64,000 nucleotides of DNA, taken from assembly GCF_032444005.1 (NCBI RefSeq), contig NC_091288.1, positions 40,920,001 to 40,984,000 of the forward strand, in the 5' to 3' direction. Position 1 is the stretch's first letter, and the number at the start of each line of letters is the position of its first letter. The translations under genes were made by a program, and so were the position numbers. Positions 24,165 through 38,100 of this stretch are shown piece by piece. The DNA comes from Ranitomeya imitator (lineage: Eukaryota). The notes below the pieces were generated by a model. That model made no database searches, was not told the origin of the DNA, and saw nothing but the letters and a program-made list of their open reading frames with translations.

Positions 24165-24326
24165 TAGGGGTCCCCAACTCCAGTCCTCAAGGCCCACCAA
24201 CATGTCATGTTTTCAGGATTTCCTTAGTCTTGCCCAGGTAATAATTGCATCACCTGTGCAATGCAAAGGAAATCCTGAAAACATGACCTGTTGGTGGGCC
24301 TTGAGGACTGGAGTTGGGGACCCCAG
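24165..24326. mobile_element. hAT-type MITE
   Basis: Palindromic GGGGTCCCCAACTCCAGTCCTCAAGGCCCACCAACA... with a perfect 8-bp TSD CTTTAGAT. Confidence 0.88.
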
Positions 24327-24754
24327 CTTTAGATCACCTGAACTCATCTGGTGTGTTAGGGTCCTACCGAATAGACAAATGATCATACAGGGAGTCTACT
24401 GAAAGATCCGTGTCCGCCTCCTACCGCCATGAAGCTAGACTGATTAACTTGGTGCCAGTCAGTGGGGTGTACACTGCTGGGGAGAAGAAAACATTTTTTT
24501 TCTGCATAGTGTCAGCAGCATACACCTATGGCTATGTGTCCCCCAAATGAAGCGATAGAGAAAGTATTCTTCACAGTAGCATCCACACATGGTATGATGA
24601 CCTAACCCTCCACAGTGTTTAATGGTGCCCCCTCCAACCAGCATACTGGCCCCTATACAGCCCTCCACATAGTATGATGGACTCCACAAAAATCTTCACT
24701 ATATAATTGCTTGCATCCAGTATAATGGCCCCAACATAGCTACAGAGGTTAAAA

Positions 24755-24870
24755 AAAAAGGCTTAGGTCCATCAAGTTCAACCTTTCTCCACCAATGATA
24801 TATATTTGGTCACTAAATTAACTATAACCCATAATGTTGTGTGTACTAAGGAAATCATCCATAGCCATCC
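24755..24870 (-). mobile_element. CR1 LINE 3' end fragment
   Basis: Reverse complement resembles the CR1 3' end (DDFLSTHNIMGY ... GTTGAACTTGATGGAC); homologous to 57285-57425. Confidence 0.5.
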
Positions 24871-25999
24871 ATATAGTGTAATAGTCCTTCATACAGTATT
24901 ATGTCCCCATATTTAAAAAAACAACAACAAAATATAGAGTCAATAAATAACTCCTCGTTCCCCGCTGCTTCAGTCTCTGCAGGGCATCTTCTGACCCTCT
25001 GCAGTGTTCAGTCCTCTGCAATGAGACGTCACAGAGCTCAGATGGAATGATGGGAGAACAATCGTCCGCTGAAGGCTCCATCTCCCATCATTTGTTTTTC
25101 AACTGTGCCGACATCCAGGATGTTTATTCAGTTGAAACTGCGGGTGAGGCAGTGCTGGCACCGGCGACACAACCAACGCACAGGCCCCATAGTGGCCGTG
25201 TGGTTTGCCGCCATTGGAGGTACAGCATTGCATCCATCTGCTTCATTAATTACAAGGAGCGGGGTGGGAGGAATATGAACCTATTTGAAAGTATTCTGTC
25301 TATTGAAGTATTGGAAGGTTAGCGGTGCAAAAAATAGAGCTCCCCCACACTAAGACATAATGGTATACATGCCTTGATAAATTCTCCCTTTATTTTACCT
25401 ACTTGCTGATCTTTCCCCAACCACTATCTTGTTACTTCGTCTAATTTTTCAACTTCTTGTGCCATTTCATCCAAATAGATACATAAAGCAAATGACTGGA
25501 ATTGCATCAGCTATTCCCTTTAATGATGTAATGTGTTTGGGGGGGGGGGTGTAGGATGGCCCCACAAGACTGCAGAAATTGTAAAGGTGCTTAGGTAATT
25601 ATTGCACGTGGGAAAAAAATGCAGAAAGTACTGCTGAAACAATTGGGGTCTGTGCGTCACATGTACTTTCTGCAAAAACACATGGGTGGTCGATTCATCA
25701 AAGCTTCTATGTCAGAATTCTGATGTGCTAAAAAAAAAACAAAAACCAAAAAACACAAACTCTTGGTGTTGATACCATTTTTGCCCAGCTACAACAAAGT
25801 CGCCGGGGTGGGACCAGATGGTCAAATTCGTGACTAGCGCCGGTGTTTGTTTTACTCCAGTCCCTGTCTCACACTCCAGCCTGCCTCCTCACTAAGACTG
25901 GCATAAAAGCCGCCAGGCCTGATGAATCGGGGCCTTGCTTTTCTTTTTTATTGCTGTGCACCATTTACAGAATGTGTCGGCGTCCTTCAAACAACTTAC

Positions 26000-26049
26000 A
26001 GATTTCTTCTTGTGGAACTTGTATGAGGCTGGCAAATCATACCGGAGCT
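26000..26049 (-). CDS. METTL5: METTL5 coding exon 6
   Basis: ELRYDLPASYKFHKKKS; CAG acceptor, GTAAGT donor. Confidence 0.95.
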
Positions 26050-26443
26050 CTGTAAAACAAAAGAGACTCATATTTAAAAAGGGGACCTGTCACCGGGGTA
26101 AAAGTGGCCAGTGTTTTTGCTCCAAGTGTAACTATTTATTTTACATCTACCTTATGGTTCCAGATATGGGCCTTTTTATTAAGTTTTTTACTAAATTTGC
26201 GCGGCTCACATGGTTCTCAATAGTTTATAGGCTGCACTGCATTATTGGCCCATTAAAAAATAGCACTAAATTAAAAAGGACCGTAAAAAAAACAAAATAA
26301 AACTCAGGAGCAGTGAGAAGAAAATTGACAACTTTTGATTTGGTGATTTTTACCGATCAAATATTTTACAACAAATATGTAAAAATACATTTGTAATGAA
26401 AAAGATGACCAATATCTCACTATATTATTTGGGAATTCCTTAC

Positions 26444-26495
26444 CCGCTATTACTTCCATCTTCACCTTCCAATCCGCAGCTTTCTTTTGAACGTG
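26444..26495 (-). CDS. METTL5: METTL5 coding exon 5
   Basis: HVQKKAADWKVKMEVIA; CAG acceptor, GTAAGG donor. Confidence 0.95.
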
Positions 26496-26567
26496 CTGGA
26501 AAAAGAATAAGACGTTTCTAGACAAGAAAGACCAGCTCTCTGTAGCCTTTTGTGATTACATGTATCA

Positions 26568-26717
<150 letters not shown>

Positions 26718-27791
26718 TCATTGGGCCACAGTCCCAAGCGGAGGTCGCGCTATATATTTTACAGTAGAGTAAAAATATTTACCATTTTAGGAGTATTTTC
26801 AGATGTAACACGTCCGATTTGCTCCCACATTTGGAAAGTTGAGGTGCAACCTCAAAAGTCGTATTTTTAGAAAAGTCTACATCCTGCAATAACCCCGCCA
26901 CCACCGGATCTGCTGCAACCCCCCTATTGTCTCCACTCCATTGATTGTAACCCCACAAGCGCAGGGTCGTCTCCCTACTTACCAGTCTATCAGCTTGTTT
27001 AATGTCATGTATATTGTATACATTTAACCTTTTCACATGGACAACATCAAGGAATTAATTGTGCTTTAAAAATACGATACCCTAGCAGAGAGGCGCTACC
27101 AGACTGCTATTGTAGCTATTCTGCCTGCTGAAACATGACGTGTTATTGAAGAATTGGGAAACTTGTATCATTTTTAAATACTTACAGATGTTATTTCACG
27201 AAGCTGTCAGCTTTCATCTTCCCCCCACACTGTCTGCCGTGAGATAAGATCTGGAAGTGTTTGTAATGACACACAACTCAGACCTGCTGTATGCTGTATC
27301 TTTACACAGTAGCTACAGAGATCATTGAGGACTGGAAAGAAAAGCTGTAATTGCAGGAGAAATACAATTGCAAACTTGCCTAATTTTATGCCAATTAAAG
27401 CAACTTAATTGAGAATACCCCTGTAACACAGTGACCACTACATCTGTGCTCACTGATTATACAATAGTTGTGGTTTCACTTAGGACTGGAGCATAAATGA
27501 CTTGGCTACATCTGCTACACTTTATTTTACGGCAATGCTGAAGGCCTAGGTGAATCAAGAAAGGCTGTAAAATCATAATGTACAAAGACAGATTTGAATT
27601 TGTGCTACAGCCCGACAATCTCATCCGCAATGCTGGTACGGTAGTAAGCAGTGGATTTTCCACATAAAAATCTGTAGCCACACATCAATTCTATGTGGAT
27701 GTACCCAGAGGTTTCCTGCTGGTGTCATCTTTCTTCCACAACAGGTATAGACAGTAATAAACAAGTCTGAAGAACATGATGAGAAGTATCA

Positions 27792-28085
<294 letters not shown>

Positions 28086-28334
28086 TTAGGGTAGCTCTAC
28101 CAATGTCTTCCAAAGGAGGCAAAATCAACCCAAGTCAGTCGTGACCGCACATTACTTTACACTCTATTTGTCCCTGTCTAGGATCTCAGACATCCACTTT
28201 TATTTTTCTAATATTTGACAATCTTAGCCTGCACACTGACTATGGCTCTTGGAAAGAAGAGGAGAAAATGAAAATATGGAAAGAACTGCCTAGTTGGGAA
28301 GGGGTTAATATAACTTAAGCTAACTTAGTACTTA

Positions 28335-28469
<135 letters not shown>

Positions 28470-29138
28470 CTATCAGCTGCACTTGTTTGGTTGGTAGAGG
28501 AAACTGGGTGAAGGCGATATAAGCAGAGGCATCTACAGCCCTGGAATTTTGTTGTTTTTCATTCTTTTTCATCATTTAGCTGCACTTAAAATCCACATCC
28601 CCTCATCTTTCAGTACATTGTATGATACAATGAATGGCGTCATTTAAAACTAAAACTCATCCTGTAAACAACAAAAAATAAGCCGTCCTGTGTCTATGTT
28701 AAAAGAAAAATGGCTCTTGATAGTTATGGCACACGAAAGAAGAGGAGGAAAAAAAAAGAAAACTGGCTGTATCCTTAATATGCTACAGCACCACTCCAGC
28801 ATTTTTCTTTATTGCAACACTGAAGTGGTGCTAGTAATCTAAGGTCACTGCACCTAGTCTGATACCTACCTGCCGCCATCTTCACCGTCTATCACTATTG
28901 TTCCCATCAGTCTCTAGCAGTTTGTGACCTGCCGCATGGCTCCAGTGTTTGCTGGATTGAGCCAGAGATCACAACCCAATACAAACCTATGAGAGCCTAG
29001 TACTGGCTTACATAGACTTGCATTGAGTGTTTGTGACGCAGCTTCTGCAGTCACAAGATGGCTCTGCGGGAAAGAAGCGGAGCTGAAAAAAGGAAGGTGC
29101 CGGATGGTGAGTATAAGACAATGACTTTAGCTTAAAAG

Positions 29139-29437
29139 TAGAGATGAACAAATTTGATCGGGTTCCTACTTGTTGGTCAAGCTATAGTGGTTACCAAATA
29201 AGCTGCAGAGGGAACCCGGATACATGGAACGCGCCGGCTGATCAGCTGTTCAGCGCCGCAGCTGCATGTGTCACTGTCAATATACATGCATGGACAGCCT
29301 GTTTGTTGGGCTCTCCATGCATGTGTCGTGACTGTCACATAGAGGGAACCCGGCTTCCTGGATCGCGCTGTCGCTTAATCGGTAAGCGCTGTAGCTTGCC
29401 AAATAAGCAGGAACCCGATCAAATGTGCTCAATTCTA
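29139..29437. mobile_element. hAT-type MITE, older copy
   Basis: TAGAGATGAACAAATTTGATCGGGTTCC...GGAACCCGATCAAATGTGCTCAATTCTA; flanks CTTAAAAG/CTTAGATG (6 of 8 match). Confidence 0.55.
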
Positions 29438-29639
29438 CTTAGATGCACCACTCCAGCCCTGAAAAAAAAAGGAAACCAGTCATGTCACCGAACGTTATTA
29501 GGTTAACAGTGTTACAATGCTGCCTGGCCGGCGTACTGGACGCAGCTACCAGGAAAAAAATTACTTTATTTCTCCTGGGAACTTGGCTTTCAGTCATAGA
29601 GGTGCGGCCAAAGCGGCTACAGTCACCGCGGAGCTGGAG

Positions 29640-32570
29640 GGGACGGGCACGGAGCGGGGAGGGACGGGGCGCGGAGCGGGGAGGGACGGGGCGCGGAGCG
29701 GGGAGGGACGGGGCGCGGAGCGGGGAGGGACGGGGCGCGGAGCGGGGAGGGACGGGGCGCGGAGCGGGGAGGGACGGGGCGCGGAGCGGAGAGGGACGGG
29801 GCGCGGAGCGGAGAGGGACGGGGCGCGGAGCGGAGAGGGACGGGGCGCGGAGCGGAGAGGGACGGGGCGCGGAGCGGAGAGGGACGGGGCGCGGAGCGGA
29901 GAGGGACGGGGCGCGGAGCGGAGAGGGACGGGGCGCGGAGCGGAGAGGGACGGGGCGCGGAGCGGAGAGGGACGGGGCGCGGAGCGGAGAGGGACGGGGC
30001 GCGGAGCGGAGAGGGACGGGGCGCGGAGCGGAGAGGGACGGGGCGCGGAGCGGAGAGGGACGGGGCGCGGAGCGGAGAGGGACGGGGCGCGGAGCGGAGA
30101 GGGACGGGGCGCGGAGCGGAGAGGGACGGGGCGCGGAGCGGAGAGGGACGGGGCGCGGAGCGGAGAGGGACGGGGCGCGGAGCGGAGAGGGACGGGGTGC
30201 GGAGCGGAGAGGGACGGGGCGCGGAGCGGAGAGGGACGGGGCGCGGAGCGGAGAGGGACGGGGCGCGGAGAGGGACGGGGCGCGGAGCGGAGAGGAGCGG
30301 GGCGCGGAGCGGAGAGGGACGGGGCGCGGAGAGGGGCGCGGAGCGGAGAGGGGCGCGGAGCGGAGAGGGACGGGGCGCGGAGAGGGACGGGGCGCGGAGA
30401 GGGGCGCGGAGCGGAGAGGGACGGGGCGCGGAGCGGAGAGGGACGGGGCGCGGAGCGGAGAGGGACGGGGCGCGGAGCGGGACGGGGCGCGGAGCGGAGA
30501 GGGACGGGGCGCGGAGCGGGACGGGGCGCGGAGCGGGACGGGGAGCGGAGAGGGACGGGGCGCGGAGCGGAAAGGGACGGGGCGCGGAGCGGAGAGGGAC
30601 GGGGCGCGGAGCGGAGAGGGACGGGGCGCGGAGCGGAGAGGGACGGGGCGCGGAGCGGAGAGGGACGGGGCGCGGAGCGGAGAGGGACGGGGCGCGGAGC
30701 GGAGAGGGACGGGGCGCGGAGCGGAGAGGGACGGGGCGCGGAGCGGGACGGGGCGCGGAGCGGAGAGGGACGGGGCGCGGAGCGGAGAGGGACGGGGCGC
30801 GGAGCGGAGAGGGACGGGGCGCGGAGCGGGACGGGGCGCGGAGCGGAGAGGGACGGGGCGCGGAGCGGGACGGGGAGCGGAGCGGAGAGGGACGGGGAGC
30901 GGAGCGGAGAGGGACGGGGCGCGGAGCGGAGAGGGACGGGGCGCGGAGCGGAGAGGGACGGGGCGCGGAGAGGGACGGGGCGCGGAGCGGAGAGGGACGG
31001 GGCGCGGAGCGGAGAGGGACGGGGCGCGGAGCGGAGAGGGACGGGGCGCGGAGCGGAGAGGGACGGGGCGCGGAGCGGAGAGGGACGGGGCGCGGAGAGG
31101 GACGGGGCGCGGAGCGGGACGGGGCGCGGAGCGGAGAGGGACGGGGCGCGGAGCGGAGAGGGACGGGGCGCGGAGCGGAGAGGGACGGGGCGCGGAGCGG
31201 AGAGGGACGGGGCGCGGAGAGGGACGGGGCGCGGAGAGGGGCGCGGAGCGGAGAGGGACGGGGCGCGGAGCGGAGAGGGACGGGGCGCGGAGCGGAGAGG
31301 GACGGGGCGCGGAGCGGAGAGGGACGGGGCGCGGAGCGGAGAGGGACGGGGCGCGGAGCGGAGAGGGACGGGGCGCGGAGCGGAGAGGGACGGGGCGCGG
31401 AGCGGAGAGGGACGGGGCGCGGAGCGGAGAGGGACGGGGCGCGGAGCGGAGAGGGACGGGGAGCGGAGCGGAGAGGGACGGGGAGCGGAGCGGAGAGGGA
31501 CGGGGCGCGGAGCGGGACGGGGCGCGGAGAGGGACGGGGCGCGGAGCGGAGAGGGACGGGGCGCGGAGCGGAGAGGGACGGGGCGCGGAGCGGGACGGGG
31601 CGCGGAGAGGGACGGGGCGCGGAGCGGAGAGGGACGGGGCGCGGAGCGGAGAGGGACGGGGCGCGGAGCGGAGAGGGACGGGGCGCGGAGCGGAGAGGGA
31701 CGGGGCGCGGAGCGGAGAGGGACGGGGCGCGGAGCGGGACGGGGCGCGGAGCGGAGAGGGACGGGGCGCGGAGAGGGACGGGGCGCGGAGCGGAGAGGGA
31801 CGGGGCGCGGAGCGGAGAGGGACGGGGCGCGGAGCGGAGAGGGACGGGGCGCGGAGAGGGACGGGGCGCGGAGAGGGACGGGGCGCGGAGCGGGACGGGG
31901 CGCGGAGCGGAGAGGGACGGGGCGCGGAGCGGAGAGGGACGGGGCGCGGAGCGGAGAGGGACGGGGCGCGGAGCGGAGAGGGACGGGGCGCGGAGCGGAG
32001 AGGGACGGGGCGCGGAGCGGAGAGGGACGGGGCGCGGAGAGGGGCGTGGAGCGGAGAGGGGCGCGGAGCGGAGAGGGACGGGGCGCGGAGCGGAGAGGGA
32101 CGGGGCGCGGAGCGGGACGGGGCGCGGAGAGGGGCGCGAAGCGGAGAGGGACGGGGCGCGGAGAGGGGAGGGGCGGGGCGCGGAGCGGGACGGGGCGCGG
32201 AGAGGGACGGGGCGCGGAGAGGGACGGGGCGCGGAGAGGGACGGGGCGCGGAGCGGAGAGGGACGGGGCGCGGAGCGTAGAGGGACGGGGCGCGGAGAGG
32301 GACGGGGCGCGGAGCGGAGAGGGGCGCGGAGCGGAGAGGGACGGGGCGCGGAGCGGAGAGGGACGGGGCGCGGAGAGGGGCGCGAAGCGGAGAGGGACGG
32401 GGCGCGGAGAGGGGCGGGGCGCGGAGAGGGGCGGGGCGCGGAGAGGGACGGGGCGCGGAGAGGGACGGGGCGCGGAGAGGGACGGGGCGCGGAGAGGGAC
32501 GGGGCGCGGAGAGGGACGGGGCGCGGAGAGGGACGGGGCGTGGAGAGGGACGGGGCGCGGAGCGACGGGC
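29640..32570. repeat. G-rich minisatellite, main unit GGAGCGGAGAGGGACGGGGCGC (22 bp) with 17- and 12-bp deletion variants
   Basis: Directly visible array of about 2.9 kb in the METTL5 intron after the first coding exon. Confidence 0.98.
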
Positions 32571-32616
32571 GCTGAGGGGGAGGGGTACGCGCTCTGCTAC
32601 TATGCAAGAAGCTTCA

Positions 32617-32769
<153 letters not shown>

Positions 32770-34459
32770 TTACAGGATGCAGCCATTCACCAGTAACAGC
32801 ACATGGCACAGTCTGCACTCACTGCTCACCCTCCAGCGCTGCAAAAACCAGCTGCATCACATGACCAGACTCCGTCCGTCACTGCAGAGCGTCCCCCGAG
32901 TATCTGCGACCAAACAAACAGTTCCGGAGAAGGAAAAAAATACAGTAAACCTGTGCTCTGCTGCCACCTGCTGTTCACCGTGGTGTACGAACACAATAGA
33001 AAATCACATGAACTAGGGGAAACAAGGGGTTAACAAAGGGACACTTGACCCAGTTGTGGGGTGTTGACAAAGCAGCAGTGGATCCAGCAGCGAGAAGGAA
33101 AGATCTGAATGATCAGAGACTAGAATGAAATCATCATTGATCAGTTTATTGTTGATGCGATGGATGGTGAGCGCTGTCTGGATCTGCAGCGCTCTGGTGG
33201 CGCGTTATCTGCTCCGGTAGCTGTGGATTTGCTGACTTGCTGGGATCCTCATCTTAATTAAGAAAGATGGAAAAGTCTGATGAATCAAAATATAACATTA
33301 TGTAACCCGTGCAAAGACTGAAAAGGAAAAAAATGGAAATGACGGAATTGTCATTATTCAGTCTCCGCACAAAAAATGCAATAAAACATCCTACCGATAA
33401 AAACCTTCACACATCTCCCTCCACTAAGAAAGAAGTGACGGGTCCTAGAAAATGGAAGCTGCTGCAGTATATGTTGGCGCTATAGAAATAACATTATTAT
33501 TATTATTATTATGTCAACACAATTTTTTTTCATAGTTCAGATTCTTCTCACCACCTCAATTACCCCCCACATGGACACAAGTCTGGTAGATGTGATTGTT
33601 CTGTGCTGGAGAACAGAGGGGGGCGGATAGATTTGGGGTCTCCGTCCCGTCGGTCAGCAAAGTAATGAGTATGGACAATATATATGGAGGAATGCAGAGA
33701 AGCGTCAGGCGCCACGTCCTTCTAGAACAGTCCTTTATTCCGGACATTCCCGCAGTGTGCAGGGAAAAGGTGGACGACGGCCGCCTCACCTCTCCACAGT
33801 CCAGAAGTGGTGCATATGTTTCTATTATACTTTTCCTCTGATTGTTCCTCTAATACTGAGGTAAAGTACTGACCGTGTGACCGTGGGCTTAGGACGGGTC
33901 ATCAGTACCAGACCAGTGCGACGCCATCGATCAGATATCGGTGACCCATCCTTAGGGCCGTACTCTTGGTCAGTGCGATTCTACACAATATCGGATCACT
34001 CTCGGACCAGGGTTATTCTACGGGTCGAATCTTTCCATAGGGCTGAAAATATCGCAGCATGCCCGAGTCTGAGCGATTATCGGATCGCACTCGGCCGCGC
34101 CAGTCAGTGAGTCCGGCCCGAACCTCGGATGACATCTGAGTGCAGTCTGATTTCCGCACACCGACACAATGGAGAATTTTTTCCCATCTTCTCTACATCT
34201 GAGGTAATGACACCCTGATCAGAGGACGCAGAAGCCGCCATTACAGCTCTTCTTTTAGACACTTCCCAGCTTTCAAATTAATAGAAGTGACCAGAGACGG
34301 ATCCAGTGGGCAGAAAGTCGCGCAGACATTGCTGTATATTTATATCATTGTCTTTGCTGGGTTTGGGATCTGCGTGGAGCCGCAGTGTGCACAGACCCCT
34401 AACCACACAATGCGCTTTTATTTTCTCCCACCAAACGCCTGAACTGAAAGACGTTTTAC

Positions 34460-34590
34460 CTTAGAAATGAATAGGAAGAGTCTTTGCAGCGTTTTGTGAG
34501 CGCAGTCGCTTGAAAACCGCTGGGAGAAAGCCCGCAGTGTGAACACGATGATAAGATGCGCCCGCCAGCTGCAGTACCGAGAAGCTGACT
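34460..34590 (-). other. METTL5: Putative METTL5 non-coding first exon (5' end approximate)
   Basis: AAG|GTAAAA donor at 34459 on minus, no ATG in the segment. A matching acceptor (pyrimidine-rich ...CCTCCAAG) lies at 32724-32725, 2 nt before the METTL5 ATG; splicing would place G at -3. Confidence 0.5.
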
Positions 34591-34607
34591 GCAGGGGGCG
34601 CCGGGGA

Positions 34608-34617
34608 TCTCGCGAGA
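34608..34617. promoter_or_regulatory. TCTCGCGAGA (CGCG/BANP-type) element in the METTL5/UBR3 bidirectional CpG-island promoter
   Basis: Perfect palindromic match 70 nt upstream of the UBR3 ATG, between two divergent housekeeping genes. Confidence 0.8.
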
Positions 34618-34686
34618 AGACGCTCCGTGTATGGAAGACACAACAAAAGTAAAACCCCAGCAGCAGTAACCTCCCGAGCAGTCATC

Positions 34687-35117
34687 ATGGCGGCGCCGCT
34701 GCCGCCTGTCACCCGGGATAATAAGGAGGCGACAGCGGCTCAGCTGAAGGGCGACCTGAGCCGGCGGACGGACCGGAGCCGGGAGCGGCTGGACGAGCTG
34801 CTGGACTGGGCGCTGAGTGCGGAGCGGCCGGCGGGGGAGGCGCTGGGCTGGTGCCGGTCGCTGCTGGCCGGAGGGGACAAGTTCGAGGACTTCTGTGTGG
34901 CCGTGCGCTCGTATGACAACGCGACTCTGTGCGGCCTGGTGTGGACGGCCAACTTCGTGGCGTACCGGTGCCGGACGTGCGGCATCTCCCCCTGCATGTC
35001 CCTGTGCGCAGAGTGCTTCAACCAGGGCGAGCACGCCGGCCATGACTTCAACATGTTCCGCAGCCAGGCCGGGGGGGCGTGCGACTGCGGGGACAGCAAC
35101 GTCATGCGGGAGAGCGG
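34687..35117 (+). CDS. UBR3: E3 ubiquitin ligase UBR3, coding exon 1 (UBR box)
   Basis: MAAPLPPV...YDNATLCGLVWTANFVAYRCRTCGISPCMSLCAECFNQGEHAGHDFNMFRSQAGGACDCGDSNVMRESG; GTGAGT donor at 35118. Confidence 0.96.
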
Positions 35118-35127
35118 GTGAGTCACC

Positions 35128-38100
35128 GGGACTACTGCCCCCAGCAGAGCTATCCGAGGGACTACTGCCCCCAGCAGAGCCATCCCGAGGGACTACTGCC
35201 CCCAGCAGAGCCATCCGAGGGACTACTGCCCCCAGCAGAGCTATCCGAGGGACTACTGCCCCCAGCAGAGCTATCCGAGGGACTACTGCCCCCAGCAGAG
35301 CCATGCCCAGGTACTACTGCCCCCAGCAGAGCCATCCCGAGGGACTACTGCCCCCAGCAGAGCCATCCGAGGGACTACTGCCCCCAGCAGAGCTATCCGA
35401 GGGACTACTGCCCCCAGCAGAGCTATCCGAGGGACTACTGCCCCCAGCAGAGCCATGCCCAGGTACTACTGCCCCCAGCAGAGCCATCCCGAGGGACTAC
35501 TGCCCCCAGCAGAGCCATCCCGAGGGACTACTGCCCCCAGCAGAGCCATCCCGAGGGACTACTGCCCCCAGCAGAGCCATCCCGAGGGACTACTGCCCCC
35601 AGCAGAGCCATCCCGAGGGACTACTGCCCCCAGCAGAGCCATCCCGAGGGACTACTGCCCCCAGCAGAGCCATCCCGAGGGACTACTGCCCCCAGCAGAG
35701 CCATCCCGAGGGACTACTGCCCCCAGCAGAGCCATCCCGAGGGACTACTGCCCCCAGCAGAGCCATCCCGAGGGACTACTGCCCCCAGCAGAGCCATCCC
35801 GAGGGACTACTGCCCCCAGCAGAGCCATCCCGAGGGACTACTGCCCCCAGCAGAGCCATCCCGAGGGACTACTGCCCCCAGCAGAGCCATCCCGAGGGAC
35901 TACTGCCCCCAGCAGAGCCGTCCCGAGGGACTACTGCCCCCAGCAGAGCCGTCCCGAGGGACTACTGCCCCCAGCAGAGCCGTCCCGAGGGACTACTGCC
36001 CCCAGCAGAGCCGTCCCGAGGGACTACTGCCCCCAGCAGAGCCGTCCCGAGGGACTACTGCCCCCAGCAGAGCCGTCCCGAGGGACTACTGCCCCCAGCA
36101 GAGCCGTCCCGAGGGACTACTGCCCCCAGCAGAGCCGTCCCGAGGGACTACTGCCCCCAGCAGAGCCGTCCCGAGGGACTACTGCCCCCAGCAGAGCCGT
36201 CCCGAGGGACTACTGCCCCCAGCAGAGCCGTCCCGAGGGACTACTGCCCCCAGCAGAGCCGTCCCGAGGGACTACTGCCCCCAGCAGAGCCGTCCCGAGG
36301 GACTACTGCCCCCAGCAGAGCCGTCCCGAGGGACTACTGCCCCCAGCAGAGCCGTCCCGAGGGACTACTGCCCCCAGCAGAGCCGTCCCGAGGGACTACT
36401 GCCCCCAGCAGAGCCGTCCCGAGGGACTACTGCCCCCAGCAGAGCCGTCCCGAGGGACTACTGCCCCCAGCAGAGCCGTCCCGAGGGACTACTGCCCCCA
36501 GCAGAGCCGTCCCGAGGGACTACTGCCCCCAGCAGAGCCGTCCCGAGGGACTACTGCCCCCAGCAGAGCCGTCCCGAGGGACTACTGCCCCCAGCAGAGC
36601 CGTCCCGAGGGACTACTGCCCCCAGCAGAGCCGTCCCGAGGGACTACTGCCCCCAGCAGAGCCGTCCCGAGGGACTACTGCCCCCAGCAGAGCCGTCCCG
36701 AGGGACTACTGCCCCCAGCAGAGCCGTCCCGAGGGACTACTGCCCCCAGCAGAGCCGTCCCGAGGGACTACTGCCCCCAGCAGAGCCGTCCCGAGGGACT
36801 ACTGCCCCCAGCAGAGCCGTCCCGAGGGACTACTGCCCCCAGCAGAGCCGTCCCGAGGGACTACTGCCCCCAGCAGAGCCGTCCCGAGGGACTACTGCCC
36901 CCAGCAGAGCCGTCCCGAGGGACTACTGCCCCCAGCAGAGCCGTCCCGAGGGACTACTGCCCCCAGCAGAGCCGTCCCGAGGGACTACTGCCCCCAGCAG
37001 AGCCGTCCCGAGGGACTACTGCCCCCAGCAGAGCCGTCCCGAGGGACTACTGCCCCCAGCAGAGCCGTCCCGAGGGACTACTGCCCCCAGCAGAGCCGTC
37101 CCGAGGGACTACTGCCCCCAGCAGAGCCGTCCCGAGGGACTACTGCCCCCAGCAGAGCCGTCCCGAGGGACTACTGCCCCCAGCAGAGCCGTCCCGAGGG
37201 ACTACTGCCCCCAGCAGAGCCGTCCCGAGGGACTACTGCCCCCAGCAGAGCCGTCCCGAGGGACTACTGCCCCCAGCAGAGCCGTCCCGAGGGACTACTG
37301 CCCCCAGCAGAGCCGTCCCGAGGGACTACTGCCCCCAGCAGAGCCGTCCCGAGGGACTACTGCCCCCAGCAGAGCCGTCCCGAGGGACTACTGCCCCCAG
37401 CAGAGCCGTCCCGAGGGACTACTGCCCCCAGCAGAGCCGTCCCGAGGGACTACTGCCCCCAGCAGAGCCGTCCCGAGGGACTACTGCCCCCAGCAGAGCC
37501 GTCCCGAGGGACTACTGCCCCCAGCAGAGCCGTCCCGAGGGACTACTGCCCCCAGCAGAGCCGTCCCGAGGGACTACTGCCCCCAGCAGAGCCGTCCCGA
37601 GGGACTACTGCCCCCAGCAGAGCCGTCCCGAGGGACTACTGCCCCCAGCAGAGCCGTCCCGAGGGACTACTGCCCCCAGCAGAGCCGTCCCGAGGGACTA
37701 CTGCCCCCAGCAGAGCCGTCCCGAGGGACTACTGCCCCCAGCAGAGCCGTCCCGAGGGACTACTGCCCCCAGCAGAGCCGTCCCGAGGGACTACTGCCCC
37801 CAGCAGAGCCGTCCCGAGGGACTACTGCCCCCAGCAGAGCCGTCCCGAGGGACTACTGCCCCCAGCAGAGCCGTCCCGAGGGACTACTGCCCCCAGCAGA
37901 GCCGTCCCGAGGGACTACTGCCCCCAGCAGAGCCGTCCCGAGGGACTACTGCCCCCAGCAGAGCCGTCCCGAGGGACTACTGCCCCCAGCAGAGCCGTCC
38001 CGAGGGACTACTGCCCCCAGCAGAGCCGTCCCGAGGGACTACTGCCCCCAGCAGAGCCGTCCCGAGGGACTACTGCCCCCAGCAGAGCCGTCCCGAGGGA

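Larger units (their letters stand above)
18765..24440 (-). mobile_element. Degenerate DIRS-type (tyrosine recombinase) retrotransposon, interrupted by four insertions
   Basis: Minus-strand relics: RT (FYSNLFVVPKKDG...HFRMES at about 23050-23170; FLGSVDIPDAYL; HFQFVALSFGLAT), RNase H-adjacent region (PDWPRKAW..DRPDLLSQG across the Tc1 insertion) and YR (ASKATVARW; KAHPTQAVGSSWAVRH). Many stops and frameshifts; ends are approximate. Confidence 0.85.
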
